64,000 nt of DNA, taken from contig CAIYGI010000112.1 of the NCBI GenBank assembly GCA_903925685.1, positions 1,784 through 65,783 of the forward strand, in the 5' to 3' direction. The notes under the pieces were generated by a model. That model was not told the origin of the DNA. It did not search any database and saw only the letters and a program-made list of their open reading frames with translations. Position numbers and translations under genes: made by a program. Origin of the DNA: an uncultured bacterium. GTDB lineage: Bacteria > Verrucomicrobiota > Kiritimatiellia > CAIKKV01 > CAIYGI01. Shown here one piece after another: positions 55,511 through 64,000 of this stretch (positions are counted from its first letter, which is position 1; each line of letters opens with the position of its first letter).

Positions 55511-56266
55511 ATGTCCACCATCAATGCGAAACTTGTCGAACTGCTGGACCGGGTCGCCCATGGACAGGTCTCGCCGGACGACGCCCGCAAGCAGATCGAG
55601 TCCGGCGGCGAGCATCACGTCGGTTACGCGCGTATCGACACCGACCGCCTGCGTCGCTGCGGTCTGCCGGAGGCGATCTTCAGTCCCGGCAAGACCGTCG
55701 GGCAGATCGCGGGTATTTTGCGCGCCATGCGCGAGGCGGGGCAGAACGGCATGGCGACGCGGGTGACCCAGGAACAGGCGGACGCCATCGGCAAGGAGAT
55801 TCCGGAGATTGTCTACCACCCTGACGCGCGCATCGTGACGCTCGACACGGTCCCGCTGCCGGCGCCGGTGGGACTGGTGTCCGTGGTCTGTGCCGGCACC
55901 TCCGATATTCCTGTCGCCGCCGAAGCCGCGCTCACCGCCGAGCGTATGGGCGCGCGCGTCGAAGCGCTCTACGATGTCGGCGTCGCCGGTTTGCACCGCT
56001 TGTTGCGGCATGTGGATGCGCTGCGCGCTTCGCGTGTCGTGGTGGTTGTCGCGGGCATGGAGGGCGCGCTGCCGTCCGTCGTGGGCGGACTGTTGGACCG
56101 TCCGCTGATTGCCGTGCCGACGAGCATCGGCTACGGCGCCGGACAGGGCGGCTTTGCGGCGCTGCTGGCCATGCTCAATTCATGCGTGCCGGGCATTACC
56201 GTCGTCAATATCGACAACGGTTACGGGGCCGGCGTGGCCGCCGCGCTGATCAACCGAAATCAATAA
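55511..56266 (+). CDS. larB: nickel-pincer cofactor biosynthesis protein LarB (PurE-like carboxylase/hydrolase)
   Basis: 251 aa. The N-terminal LarB-specific domain (HVGYARIDTDRLRRCGLPEAIFSPGK) and the C-terminal PurE-like fold (VVCAGTSDIPVAAEAALTAE) are present. No larC/larE/larA genes are in the window. Confidence 0.7.
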   Translation: MSTINAKLVELLDRVAHGQVSPDDARKQIESGGEHHVGYARIDTDRLRRCGLPEAIFSPGKTVGQIAGILRAMREAGQNGMATRVTQEQADAIGKEIPEIVYHPDARIVTLDTVPLPAPVGLVSVVCAGTSDIPVAAEAALTAERMGARVEALYDVGVAGLHRLLRHVDALRASRVVVVVAGMEGALPSVVGGLLDRPLIAVPTSIGYGAGQGGFAALLAMLNSCVPGITVVNIDNGYGAGVAAALINRNQ

Positions 56267-57063
56267 ACGTTTTTCGGTCCGGGAAAGGCGCCGGAGATAA
56301 CCTCGCGCCGGTAGGCGGCGATGGCTTCGCGCATGGCCGCGCCGGTTTCGGCGTAGCGCTTGGACATCCGCGGCGTGTCCTCGGGCGGCGTGAGGCCCAC
56401 CAGATCGTTGAGCACCAGAATCTGACCGTCGCATTGAGCCCCGGCGCCAATGCCGATCGTCGGCGCCGCGCAGGCCTCCGTCAGCGCCGCGCCAAGAGCC
56501 TGCGGGACGCATTCCACGACCACGGCGAAGGCGCCTGCCGCAGACACGGCGCGCGCGTCTTCGATCAGGCTCGCCGCGGCGGGATTAGTGCGTCCCTGAA
56601 CCTTGTACCCGCCCAAAGTCAGCACGCTCTGCGGTGTCAAACCGATATGGCCCAGTACCGGAATACCGTTGGACACCAAGCGGGCGATGGTGGCGGCGCG
56701 AAAAACTCCGCCTTCGATCTTGACTGCGCCCGCCCCGGCTTCCTGCACAAAACGCCCGGCATTGCGCAGCGCCTGTTCGTCGGAAACTTGATACGAAAGA
56801 AACGGCATGTCGGCCACGACCAGCGCCTGTTGCGCGCCGCGCACCACGGCGGCGGTATGATGCAGCATCTGTTCCATGGTAACCGGCAGCGTCGTGTCGT
56901 AGCCCAGTACCGATTGCGCCAGCGAATCGCCGACCAGGATCAGGTGCGCCCCGCCTTCGTCCGCCAGCCGGGCCGTCGCGGCATCGTAAGCCGTCAGGCT
57001 CACGATTCGTTCGTGCCCCTTGAGCGCGCGAATGCGCGCCGCTGTCCAATGCTTGCTTTTCAT
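56260..57063 (-). CDS. panB: 3-methyl-2-oxobutanoate hydroxymethyltransferase
   Basis: The start is at ATG 57063 (MKSKHWTAARIRALKGHERIVSLTAYDAATARLADEGGAHLILVGDSLAQSVLGY...VKIEGG), a canonical PanB. Confidence 0.88.
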   Translation of the reverse strand: MKSKHWTAARIRALKGHERIVSLTAYDAATARLADEGGAHLILVGDSLAQSVLGYDTTLPVTMEQMLHHTAAVVRGAQQALVVADMPFLSYQVSDEQALRNAGRFVQEAGAGAVKIEGGVFRAATIARLVSNGIPVLGHIGLTPQSVLTLGGYKVQGRTNPAAASLIEDARAVSAAGAFAVVVECVPQALGAALTEACAAPTIGIGAGAQCDGQILVLNDLVGLTPPEDTPRMSKRYAETGAAMREAIAAYRREVISGAFPGPKNVY

Positions 57064-57335
57064 AAAGTCATCCAGTCGGGTGTTGTCGAGACGGCGCGCC
57101 GTCGTTGCGTGCGTACTGATGCGTTGCGCGGAAATAGTAAGCCAAAACCCGCCGCAGGCAAAGGAGGAACTGGCCGGGTTCTCAGAGGCGGGAAATCCGC
57201 GCATGTTTCGATCTTGTTGCGAACTAACGCCTTTGTGCTACATTTTCCGCTTTCCGCGGCACATGGCGGCCGGACTTTTGTGGTGACTTGCCGAAAACCT
57301 TCCTGAAAGCGTGGCCATGCGCAAAAAGGTTGAAA

Positions 57336-58427
57336 ATGCCAATGACGCAAAAAAACGACATAGCGAAACTTGACAAGAACTTTGCACCCGTCGAGGTGGC
57401 GAATGATTTGAAGTGGTATGACATCCGTGATCTGGGCATCGAGGGTCAGGGCTGGCGCGACACAGAGGCGCCGTATGACCGGCTGCCCGCGAGAGCCAAA
57501 AGCATTGTCAGACCGCCGGTCTGGGATCTGTCGCAACATTCGTCCGGCCTGTGTGTGCGTTTCATGACCGACTCCCCGTCCATTTCCGCGCGCTGGACGC
57601 TGCGCAGTGCGAGCCTGGCCATGAACCACATGCCGGCCTCGGGCATGAGCGGTTTGGATCTCTACGCGAAACTCAATGGCAAGTGGGTGTGGGCCGGCGT
57701 GGGGGTTCCCAGCGCCCAGGAGAACTGCAGCCTGCTGGGTGGAGCTTATGCGCCCGGCCTGCGCGAGTACATGCTCTACCTGCCGCTGTACAACGGCGTC
57801 ACGTCGGTCATGATCGGGATCGAAACGAAAGCCCGTCTGGCCAAGGCGGCCCCTCTCGCCGGACGTCAGGCCGCCGGTATGGTGGTGTATGGCACGTCCA
57901 TCACCCAGGGTGGCTGTGCCTGTCGTTCCGGCATGGGTTACCCGGAACTGCTGGCCCGTGCGCTGCACTGCAATTCGATCAACCTGGGCTTTTCCGGAAA
58001 CGGGCCGATGGAGATCGAATTGATTCGCCTCATGATCGAGCTGAATCCCGCGGTTTACATCCTGGATTGTCTGCCCAATATGACCCCTGAGCATGTGCGT
58101 AAACGGACCGAACCTGCCGTGTACACCTTGCGTGCGGCCCATCCCGATACTCCGATTGTGCTGGTCGAGAACATTACTTATCAACGAGCCCCCGTCCAGA
58201 CACCCGGCATGGTCGGTCACGAGCGGAAGAACATCGAATTCAAGGCCGCCTGGAAGAATCTGCGCAAGGCCAAGGTGAAGGGCTTGTTCTATGTGTCCGG
58301 CGCGAAGTTGCTGGGCAGCGACAATCTGGGTAGCGTGGATGGAACTCATCCGACGGATGTCGGCTTCATGCGCATCGCCCAGGCGCTGGAATCCGTCGTT
58401 CGGAAAATCATCACGGGCAAGCGCTGA
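57336..58427 (+). CDS. SGNH/GDSL hydrolase family protein with N-terminal accessory domain (sialate-O-acetylesterase-like)
   Basis: VVYGTSITQGGCA..., GFSGNG... and the C-terminal DGTHPTDVG (DxxH catalytic dyad) are present. Confidence 0.6.
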   Translation: MPMTQKNDIAKLDKNFAPVEVANDLKWYDIRDLGIEGQGWRDTEAPYDRLPARAKSIVRPPVWDLSQHSSGLCVRFMTDSPSISARWTLRSASLAMNHMPASGMSGLDLYAKLNGKWVWAGVGVPSAQENCSLLGGAYAPGLREYMLYLPLYNGVTSVMIGIETKARLAKAAPLAGRQAAGMVVYGTSITQGGCACRSGMGYPELLARALHCNSINLGFSGNGPMEIELIRLMIELNPAVYILDCLPNMTPEHVRKRTEPAVYTLRAAHPDTPIVLVENITYQRAPVQTPGMVGHERKNIEFKAAWKNLRKAKVKGLFYVSGAKLLGSDNLGSVDGTHPTDVGFMRIAQALESVVRKIITGKR

Positions 58428-58443
58428 TACGGAACCGTAAGCC

Positions 58444-59397
58444 TCATTGACTGCCAAACCGCGGGGTGAAGATATGGCAGTAGGGCTGTTTGCCCGACCG
58501 CTTGTAGTAATCGCGGTGATAGGCTTCGGCTGGCCAGAAGGCCCCGGCTGGTTCCAGCTTGGTGGCCACTTTGAAGCCCTTGGCCTGTAGTTGAACGATT
58601 AATTTTTCCGCCGTCTCTTTTTGTCCGGGAATGGTATAAAAAATGGCGGAGCGGTACTGGTCGCCAATGTCCGGGCCCTGGCGGTCGAGTTGGACGGGAT
58701 CGTGAATTTCGAAAAAGAGCCTGGCCAGGTTCTCGTAGGTGGTTGCCAGCGGGTCGAAAACGACCTCCACGGCCTCGGCCTGGCCGGTGGTGTGGCTGCA
58801 CACCTGCTTATAGGTGGGATTTTTAGTTCTCCCGCCGGTGTAGCCGACGGTCGTGCGGATCACCCCCTTGGCCTGCTGTAGAAAATATTCCACCCCCCAA
58901 AAACAGCCGCCCGCGAAAATCGCGCGTTCAAACTTGTTGGAGGAATCAGCCAGCGGCACCAGCCGCATGGAAAGCGAATTCACGCAGTGCCGCGTGTCGC
59001 GCGGCGTGATCCTTTCGCCCAGGAAGACATGTCCAAGATGGCCGGCGCAATGGGCGCAAAGAATCTCGGTGCGCTGTCCGTCGGCGTCTGTTTTCCGCAG
59101 CACGGCGCCCGGGACTTCGGCGTCGAAACTCGGCCACCCGCAATCCGAATCGAACTTGTCCTCGGAACGGTACAGGGCCGCACCGCACCGCCGGCAGACA
59201 TAGGTGCCGGGCTCTTTTGTCTTCACGTATTCGCCCGCGAAAGGACGTTCCGTTCCCTTGTTCACGATCACGCGCGTCTCCTCGGGCGTCAATTTGTTCC
59301 AAGTATCGCTCATGTTCGATTCCTTTCCTGCGCCCATCGCCAAGGCAGTCCAGAGCGTCAATACCGCCCCCCCGGTTAACCTGAAGAATTTATTCAT
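58444..59397 (-). CDS. msrAB: bifunctional peptide methionine sulfoxide reductase MsrB/MsrA (secreted)
   Basis: Signal peptide; MsrB zinc motifs (CRRCGAALY...CGWPSF, CAHCAGHLGHVF); MsrA motif GGCFWGVE. Confidence 0.88.
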   Translation of the reverse strand: MNKFFRLTGGAVLTLWTALAMGAGKESNMSDTWNKLTPEETRVIVNKGTERPFAGEYVKTKEPGTYVCRRCGAALYRSEDKFDSDCGWPSFDAEVPGAVLRKTDADGQRTEILCAHCAGHLGHVFLGERITPRDTRHCVNSLSMRLVPLADSSNKFERAIFAGGCFWGVEYFLQQAKGVIRTTVGYTGGRTKNPTYKQVCSHTTGQAEAVEVVFDPLATTYENLARLFFEIHDPVQLDRQGPDIGDQYRSAIFYTIPGQKETAEKLIVQLQAKGFKVATKLEPAGAFWPAEAYHRDYYKRSGKQPYCHIFTPRFGSQ

Positions 59398-59539
59398 GCC
59401 CCACCCCCGTTTTCGTTGCCGGTTAAATATTACTCCTATGCCGGCCCCGTCTCAAGCAGGCACCACCCTTCTTGCTCTTCCCATCCCGGCCTTTGGAGGG
59501 TAGACTGTCGCCTCCGGTTTTAGAAAGGACTATGGCGAA

Positions 59540-61324
59540 ATGCATCCGTATCGAACGCACACCTGCAACGATCTGCGCGCGGCCCAGGCGGGCCAGACGG
59601 TCCGGCTTTCGGGCTGGATTTTCCGCAAGCGCGATCATGGCCAGTTGCTTTTTCTGGATTTGCGCGACCATTACGGCGTCACGCAGGTTGTTATCTACCC
59701 CGACCGCGCCTTTTTCGACGCCTGCCAGAAACTGCACCTGGAGAGCGTCATCACCGTGACCGGCAAGGTCATGGCGCGTTCGGCGGAGACCATCAATCCC
59801 GAGATGACGACCGGGGAGATCGAAGTGGCCGCGGATGATATGTCGGTGCAGGGCGCCGCCGAGGCGCTGCCCTTCGCCGTGGACGACGACACTGCCGGGC
59901 CGGAGGATACCCGCCTGCGCTACCGCTTCCTGGACCTGCGCCGCACGCAGTTGCACCGCAACATCCAGTTGCGCTCGCAGGTGATCGCCAGTCTGCGCCG
60001 CCGCATGCAGGAGCATGGCTTTACGGAGTTCCAGACACCCATCCTGACCGTCAGTTCGCCCGAGGGCGCACGGGACTACCTGGTGCCGAGCCGCATCCAT
60101 CCCGGTCACTTCTACGCGCTGCCGCAGGCGCCCCAGCAGTTTAAGCAGTTGCTGATGGTGGCGGGCTTCGACCGCTATTTTCAAATCGCGCCCTGCTTCC
60201 GCGACGAGGATGCCCGCGCCGACCGCTCGCCGGGCGAGTTTTATCAACTCGACATGGAAATGTCCTTTGTCACGCAGGACGACGTCTTCCTGGTCGTCGA
60301 GGATGTGCTGCACGGTGTCTTCAGCGAGTTCAGCAAGTGGCAGGTGGACGCGGCCCCGTTCCGGCGCATCACCCACGCCGACGCGATGGTCAAGTACGGC
60401 AGCGACAAGCCAGATCTGCGCATTCCGATCGAAATCCGCGATGTGAGCGATTTTTTTCGCGCATCCAAGTTCAACGCCTTCCGCGTGGGGGTGGAAAATG
60501 GCGCCGTGGTGAGGGCGATTCCGGTCAAGAAGATTGCCGACAAGCCGCGCAGTTTCTTCGACAAACTGGGCGAGTACGCCCAGGCCAACGGCGCGAAGGG
60601 GCTGGCCTATCTGGTCTGGGCGGGCGGGCAGGTCAAGGGGCCGATCGTCAAATTCCTCAGTCCCGAAGAACTCCAAACCCTGGCCGCGCAGTGCGGGGTG
60701 GGGGACGGCGACGTGGTTTTTTTCATCTGCGATGCGCCCGCCTTGGCGAGCCGCCTGAGCGGCGACCTGCGGCTCAAGCTCGGACGCGATCTGGACCTGA
60801 TCGAGAAGGATGTCTTCCGCTTCTGCTGGATCGTGGACTTCCCCTTCTTCGAGCGCGACGCGGAAACCCAGGCCATTGCCTTTTCCCACAATCCCTTCTC
60901 GATGCCCCAGGGCGGGCTTGAGGCGTTGAACACCCAGGATCCGCTCGCGATCCGCGCCTTTCAGTACGACATCATCTGCAACGGCGTGGAGCTTTCCAGC
61001 GGCGCGATCCGCAACCACGAACCGGCCGTCATGTACAAGGCCTTCGAACTGGCCGGCTATCCGCGCGAGGAAGTGGACCGGCGCTTTGGCGGCATGATCC
61101 AGGCCTTCAAACTGGGGGCGCCGCCGCACGGCGGCATCGCGCCCGGCGTGGACCGGCTGGTGATGCTGCTCGCCAACGAGACCAACATCCGCGAGGTCAT
61201 CGCCTTCCCCATGAATCAGAAGGCGCAGGATCTGATGATGGGCGCGCCCGGCGAGGTCAGCGAAAAGCAACTGCGCGAACTGCACATCCGCCTGGCGCTG
61301 CCGAAGAAACCCGGCGTGGAGTAA
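59540..61324 (+). CDS. aspS: aspartate--tRNA ligase
   Basis: 594 aa, bacterial-type AspRS. The N-terminus is the OB anticodon-binding fold. Class II motifs are present ([19 protein letters not shown]). Confidence 0.92.
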   Translation: MHPYRTHTCNDLRAAQAGQTVRLSGWIFRKRDHGQLLFLDLRDHYGVTQVVIYPDRAFFDACQKLHLESVITVTGKVMARSAETINPEMTTGEIEVAADDMSVQGAAEALPFAVDDDTAGPEDTRLRYRFLDLRRTQLHRNIQLRSQVIASLRRRMQEHGFTEFQTPILTVSSPEGARDYLVPSRIHPGHFYALPQAPQQFKQLLMVAGFDRYFQIAPCFRDEDARADRSPGEFYQLDMEMSFVTQDDVFLVVEDVLHGVFSEFSKWQVDAAPFRRITHADAMVKYGSDKPDLRIPIEIRDVSDFFRASKFNAFRVGVENGAVVRAIPVKKIADKPRSFFDKLGEYAQANGAKGLAYLVWAGGQVKGPIVKFLSPEELQTLAAQCGVGDGDVVFFICDAPALASRLSGDLRLKLGRDLDLIEKDVFRFCWIVDFPFFERDAETQAIAFSHNPFSMPQGGLEALNTQDPLAIRAFQYDIICNGVELSSGAIRNHEPAVMYKAFELAGYPREEVDRRFGGMIQAFKLGAPPHGGIAPGVDRLVMLLANETNIREVIAFPMNQKAQDLMMGAPGEVSEKQLRELHIRLALPKKPGVE

Positions 61325-61330
61325 ACGGTC

Positions 61331-61840
61331 ATGCTGCGCATCGGTCAGGGTTACGATATTCACCGCTTCGCGCCCGGGCGCGCGCTGGTCCTGGGCGGGG
61401 TCACGATCCCGCATCCCGCCGGCCTGCTGGGCCACTCCGATGCCGATGTGCTGTGTCACGCCGTGGCCGATGCGCTCCTGGGCGCGCTGGCCGACGGCGA
61501 TATCGGCGTGCATTTTCCCGATCGTGATCCCCGCTGGAAAGACGCCGACAGCATCGAACTGCTGCGCCAGGTGGCGGCGCGGCTGCGCGGGCGCGGCGGC
61601 GTGGTTCAGAATGTGGATGCCACGCTGCTGGCCGAGGCGCCGCGCATCGCCAAGTACGCGTCGGCCATGCGCGCCAACCTCGGCGCCGCCATGGGCATTC
61701 CCGCGGCGCGCGTTTCGGTCAAGGCCACCACCTTGGAAGGCCTGGGCGCGCTGGGCCGCGAAGAGGGCATCGCCGCGCTGGCCGTGGCGCTGGTGGAAGT
61801 TCCCGAGCCGGACGGCGGCAATGGGAGCGTCGCGTCATGA
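61331..61840 (+). CDS. ispF: 2-C-methyl-D-erythritol 2,4-cyclodiphosphate synthase
   Basis: MLRIGQGYDIHRF...GHSDADVLCHAVADALLGA. It overlaps the cysS start by 4 nt. Confidence 0.92.
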   Translation: MLRIGQGYDIHRFAPGRALVLGGVTIPHPAGLLGHSDADVLCHAVADALLGALADGDIGVHFPDRDPRWKDADSIELLRQVAARLRGRGGVVQNVDATLLAEAPRIAKYASAMRANLGAAMGIPAARVSVKATTLEGLGALGREEGIAALAVALVEVPEPDGGNGSVAS

Positions 61841-63228
61841 GGGTCTTTAACTCGCTGACTCAGCGCGTCGAGGAACTGCTCCCGATCGAGCCTGGCCATG
61901 TGCGCTTCTATACCTGCGGCCCGACGGTCTACAATTTTGCCCACATCGGCAACTACCGGGCCTACATTTTCGAGGATCTGCTGCGCCGGACGCTAAAGTA
62001 CTTCGGTCTGCGCGTCACGCAGGTCATGAATCTGACCGATGTGGACGACAAGACCATCCGCGGCGCGCGCGCGGCGGGCACACCGCTCAAAAGTTTCACG
62101 CAGCCCTACCGCGACGCTTTTTTCGCCGACCTGCGGACCCTGGCCATCGAACCCGCGGAGCACTACCCGGCGGCGACCGACCACATACCCGAGATGATCG
62201 CGCTGATCGCGCGCCTGTTCGAGAAGGGTGTCGCCTACCGTTCCGCCGATGGCTCGATCTACTTCCGCATCGCCGCCTTCCCGGAATACGGCAAACTGGC
62301 GCATCTCGACCGCGGCGGACTGCAGGCCGGCGCGCGCGTGGCGCAGGACGAGTACGACAAGGAAAATGCCGCCGATTTTGCGCTCTGGAAGGCCTGGGAC
62401 GAGCAGGACGGCGAGATCGCCTGGGACTCGCCCTGGGGCCGCGGCCGTCCCGGCTGGCACATCGAATGCACGGCCATGAGCATGAAATATCTGGGCGAAA
62501 GTTTTGACCTGCATACCGGTGGGATCGACAACCTCTTCCCGCATCACGAGGACGAACTGGCGCAGGCCGAGGCGGCCACCGGCAAGCCCTTTGTGCGCAC
62601 CTGGATGCACTGCGCGCACCTGGTGGTCGAGGGGCGCAAGATGTCCAAGTCGCTGGGCAACTTTTACACCCTGCGCGACGTCCTGGCGCGCGGTTACAGC
62701 GGTCGCGAAATGCGCCTGGCGCTGATCGGCGCGCACTACCGGCAGTCGCTGGATTTCAGCTTTGTGGCCCTGGACGCGGCGCGCGCCTCCCTGCAGCGCC
62801 TGGACGCCTTCCGCGCGCGCCTGGCCGGTCTGGCCGCCGACAAGGCCGCCGCCGTTCCGCCGCCTTGGGCCGTGCAGGCCGAGACGGCCTTCGGCGTCGC
62901 ACTGGCCGACGATTTGGGCATCGCCGAGGCGCTGGCCGCGCTCTTTACGCTGGTGACGGCCGGCAACCGGGCGCTAGATGCCAACCAGGTCGCCCCCGCG
63001 GACGCGGCGGCGGTCCTGGCGCTGCTGGCGCGCCTGGACGCCGTGCTGGGATTTTTAGAGCCCGAAGCAACCGTGGCGCCGCCAGAGATGCTGGCGCTGC
63101 TGGATGCGCGCCAGGCCGCGCGCAAGTCCAAAAACTGGGCCGAAGCCGACCGCCTGCGCCAGGAAATCGCCGCTCAAGGCTGGGTCATCGAAGACACACC
63201 AAAAGGACCGCGGTTGAAGAAGGGTTGA
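61837..63228 (+). CDS. cysS: cysteine--tRNA ligase
   Basis: YTCGPTVYNFAHIGN (HIGH), KMSKSLGN (KMSKS) and zinc-binding Cys residues. Confidence 0.92.
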   Translation: MRVFNSLTQRVEELLPIEPGHVRFYTCGPTVYNFAHIGNYRAYIFEDLLRRTLKYFGLRVTQVMNLTDVDDKTIRGARAAGTPLKSFTQPYRDAFFADLRTLAIEPAEHYPAATDHIPEMIALIARLFEKGVAYRSADGSIYFRIAAFPEYGKLAHLDRGGLQAGARVAQDEYDKENAADFALWKAWDEQDGEIAWDSPWGRGRPGWHIECTAMSMKYLGESFDLHTGGIDNLFPHHEDELAQAEAATGKPFVRTWMHCAHLVVEGRKMSKSLGNFYTLRDVLARGYSGREMRLALIGAHYRQSLDFSFVALDAARASLQRLDAFRARLAGLAADKAAAVPPPWAVQAETAFGVALADDLGIAEALAALFTLVTAGNRALDANQVAPADAAAVLALLARLDAVLGFLEPEATVAPPEMLALLDARQAARKSKNWAEADRLRQEIAAQGWVIEDTPKGPRLKKG

Positions 63229-63257
63229 GGGTGGTGGTTCACCGCATAGGAGACAAT

Positions 63258-64000
63258 ATGGCCAAACTTAGGCCCAGCGGAGGCTACCGTGATCTGCGCA
63301 GTTTCCAGATTGCGACCATCGTTTACGATGCCACCTATTGGTTTTGCGAACGTTACCTTGAACCGCGCTCGCGCATGAGCGACCAAATGGTGCAGGCTGC
63401 ACGCAGTGGCCGTCAGAATATCGCCGAAGGCAGCCGCGCATCCGCCACCTCGTCCCAAACCGAACTCCGGCTGGTCAACGTGGCCCGCTCCAGCCTGGAG
63501 GAACTGCTGCTCGACTACGAAGATTTTCTGCGGCACCGCCGCCTGCAAAAATGGGCGCCCGATGCCCCCGAAGCGCTGGCCGTCCGGAGCATCGGGCGCA
63601 AGCATCCGTCGGATCCGCCGGATCCGCCCGATCTCACCGACGAACAGCGTTACGCTCTCTACGCCAGGTGGCTTGATCACGATGACCCAGCCATTCGCGC
63701 GAATGCCTTGCTCTGCCTCATCAACCAGGCCAACTACCTGCTCGACAAACAAATAGCGGCGCTGGAAGCGCAATTCATCGAAGAGGGCGGTTACAGCGAA
63801 CAACTGGCCGTGGCGCGGCTGGAAGAGCGCAACCGCAAAAGAAATGCTCATCCGTCGGATCCGCCGGATCGGCCGGATCCCATTCCCGTTTGCCCGAAAT
63901 GCAGCAAACCCATGGCCCTGCGTACCGCCCAAAAAGGCGCGAAAACCGGAAAACAATTCTGGGGCTGCACCGCCTACCCGGAATGCAAAGGTCTGGTGGA
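63258..64000 (+). CDS. four-helix-bundle protein (TIGR02436-like) with C-terminal topoisomerase-type C4 zinc ribbon; 3' end truncated by the window edge
   Basis: Hand translation gives MAKLRPSGGYRDLRSFQIATIVYDATYWFCERYLEPRSRMSDQMVQAARSGRQNIAEGSRAS...SLEELLLDYEDFL (four-helix-bundle family). Then comes an HPSDPPDPPD motif encoded twice by a roughly 25-bp direct repeat, then CPKCSKPMALRTAQKGAKTGKQFWGCTAYPECKG. The ORF is not in the track because it is open-ended. Confidence 0.5.
   Translation, partial: MAKLRPSGGYRDLRSFQIATIVYDATYWFCERYLEPRSRMSDQMVQAARSGRQNIAEGSRASATSSQTELRLVNVARSSLEELLLDYEDFLRHRRLQKWAPDAPEALAVRSIGRKHPSDPPDPPDLTDEQRYALYARWLDHDDPAIRANALLCLINQANYLLDKQIAALEAQFIEEGGYSEQLAVARLEERNRKRNAHPSDPPDRPDPIPVCPKCSKPMALRTAQKGAKTGKQFWGCTAYPECKGLV

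Overview
This is a high-GC bacterial chromosomal segment. Most long antisense ORFs in the track are GC artefacts and were not called. I call about 55 genes, with five main groups of content.

1. Housekeeping genes. These include the conserved rpmH-rnpA-yidD-yidC cluster followed by plsY, and asd, a leuB-family dehydrogenase, rlmD-like, waaA, ispD, maf, ispF, aspS, cysS, panB, msrAB, mtnP, comF and tag.

2. A carbohydrate-utilisation-like locus at about 7.3-21.6 kb. It holds a FAD oxidoreductase, a GH-like TIM-barrel protein with a CBM9-like domain, DUF1080, DUF4838, a parallel beta-helix protein, a xylose-isomerase-like TIM barrel, a BNR/sialidase-like protein, an AGE-family epimerase and a UroD-like protein. 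A GntR-HTH/LacI-type-sugar-binding (AraR-like) regulator sits in the locus. Its divergent promoters carry palindromic and tandem operator-like repeats.

3. Defence and mobile content.
   - A lower-GC single-polypeptide Type IIG/PglX-like restriction-modification enzyme (1077 aa) lies next to a DUF2283 gene.
   - An AbiEii/MenT-like nucleotidyltransferase toxin cassette is inserted into the 3' end of an OmpR-family response-regulator gene. Imperfect 41-bp direct repeats flank the insert.
   - An alpha/beta hydrolase ORF runs without a stop codon into a Phd/YefM antitoxin-like sequence. A degraded YoeB-like remnant follows it.
   - A decayed IS66 transposase 3' fragment is present.
   - A 1970-aa bacterial alpha-2-macroglobulin is present.

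4. Unusual gene architectures.
   - A CoaB domain is fused to an HD-domain phosphohydrolase.
   - A divergent thymidylate-synthase-fold gene overlaps waaA.
   - An AceK-like protein sits upstream of a histidine-phosphatase gene.
   - An AraC-family regulator is interrupted by an in-frame TGA.

5. Non-coding structure.
   - A roughly 95-nt conserved core of an intergenic element occurs twice (14.1 kb and 44.6 kb), co-oriented with the downstream gene each time.
   - CCACCNT heptamer arrays flank comF, one immediately upstream of its start codon.
   - A roughly 100-bp palindromic array is built from CTTAGTCG units.
   - A 3x14-bp perfect tandem repeat lies in a divergent promoter.

No tRNA, rRNA or CRISPR array was seen.
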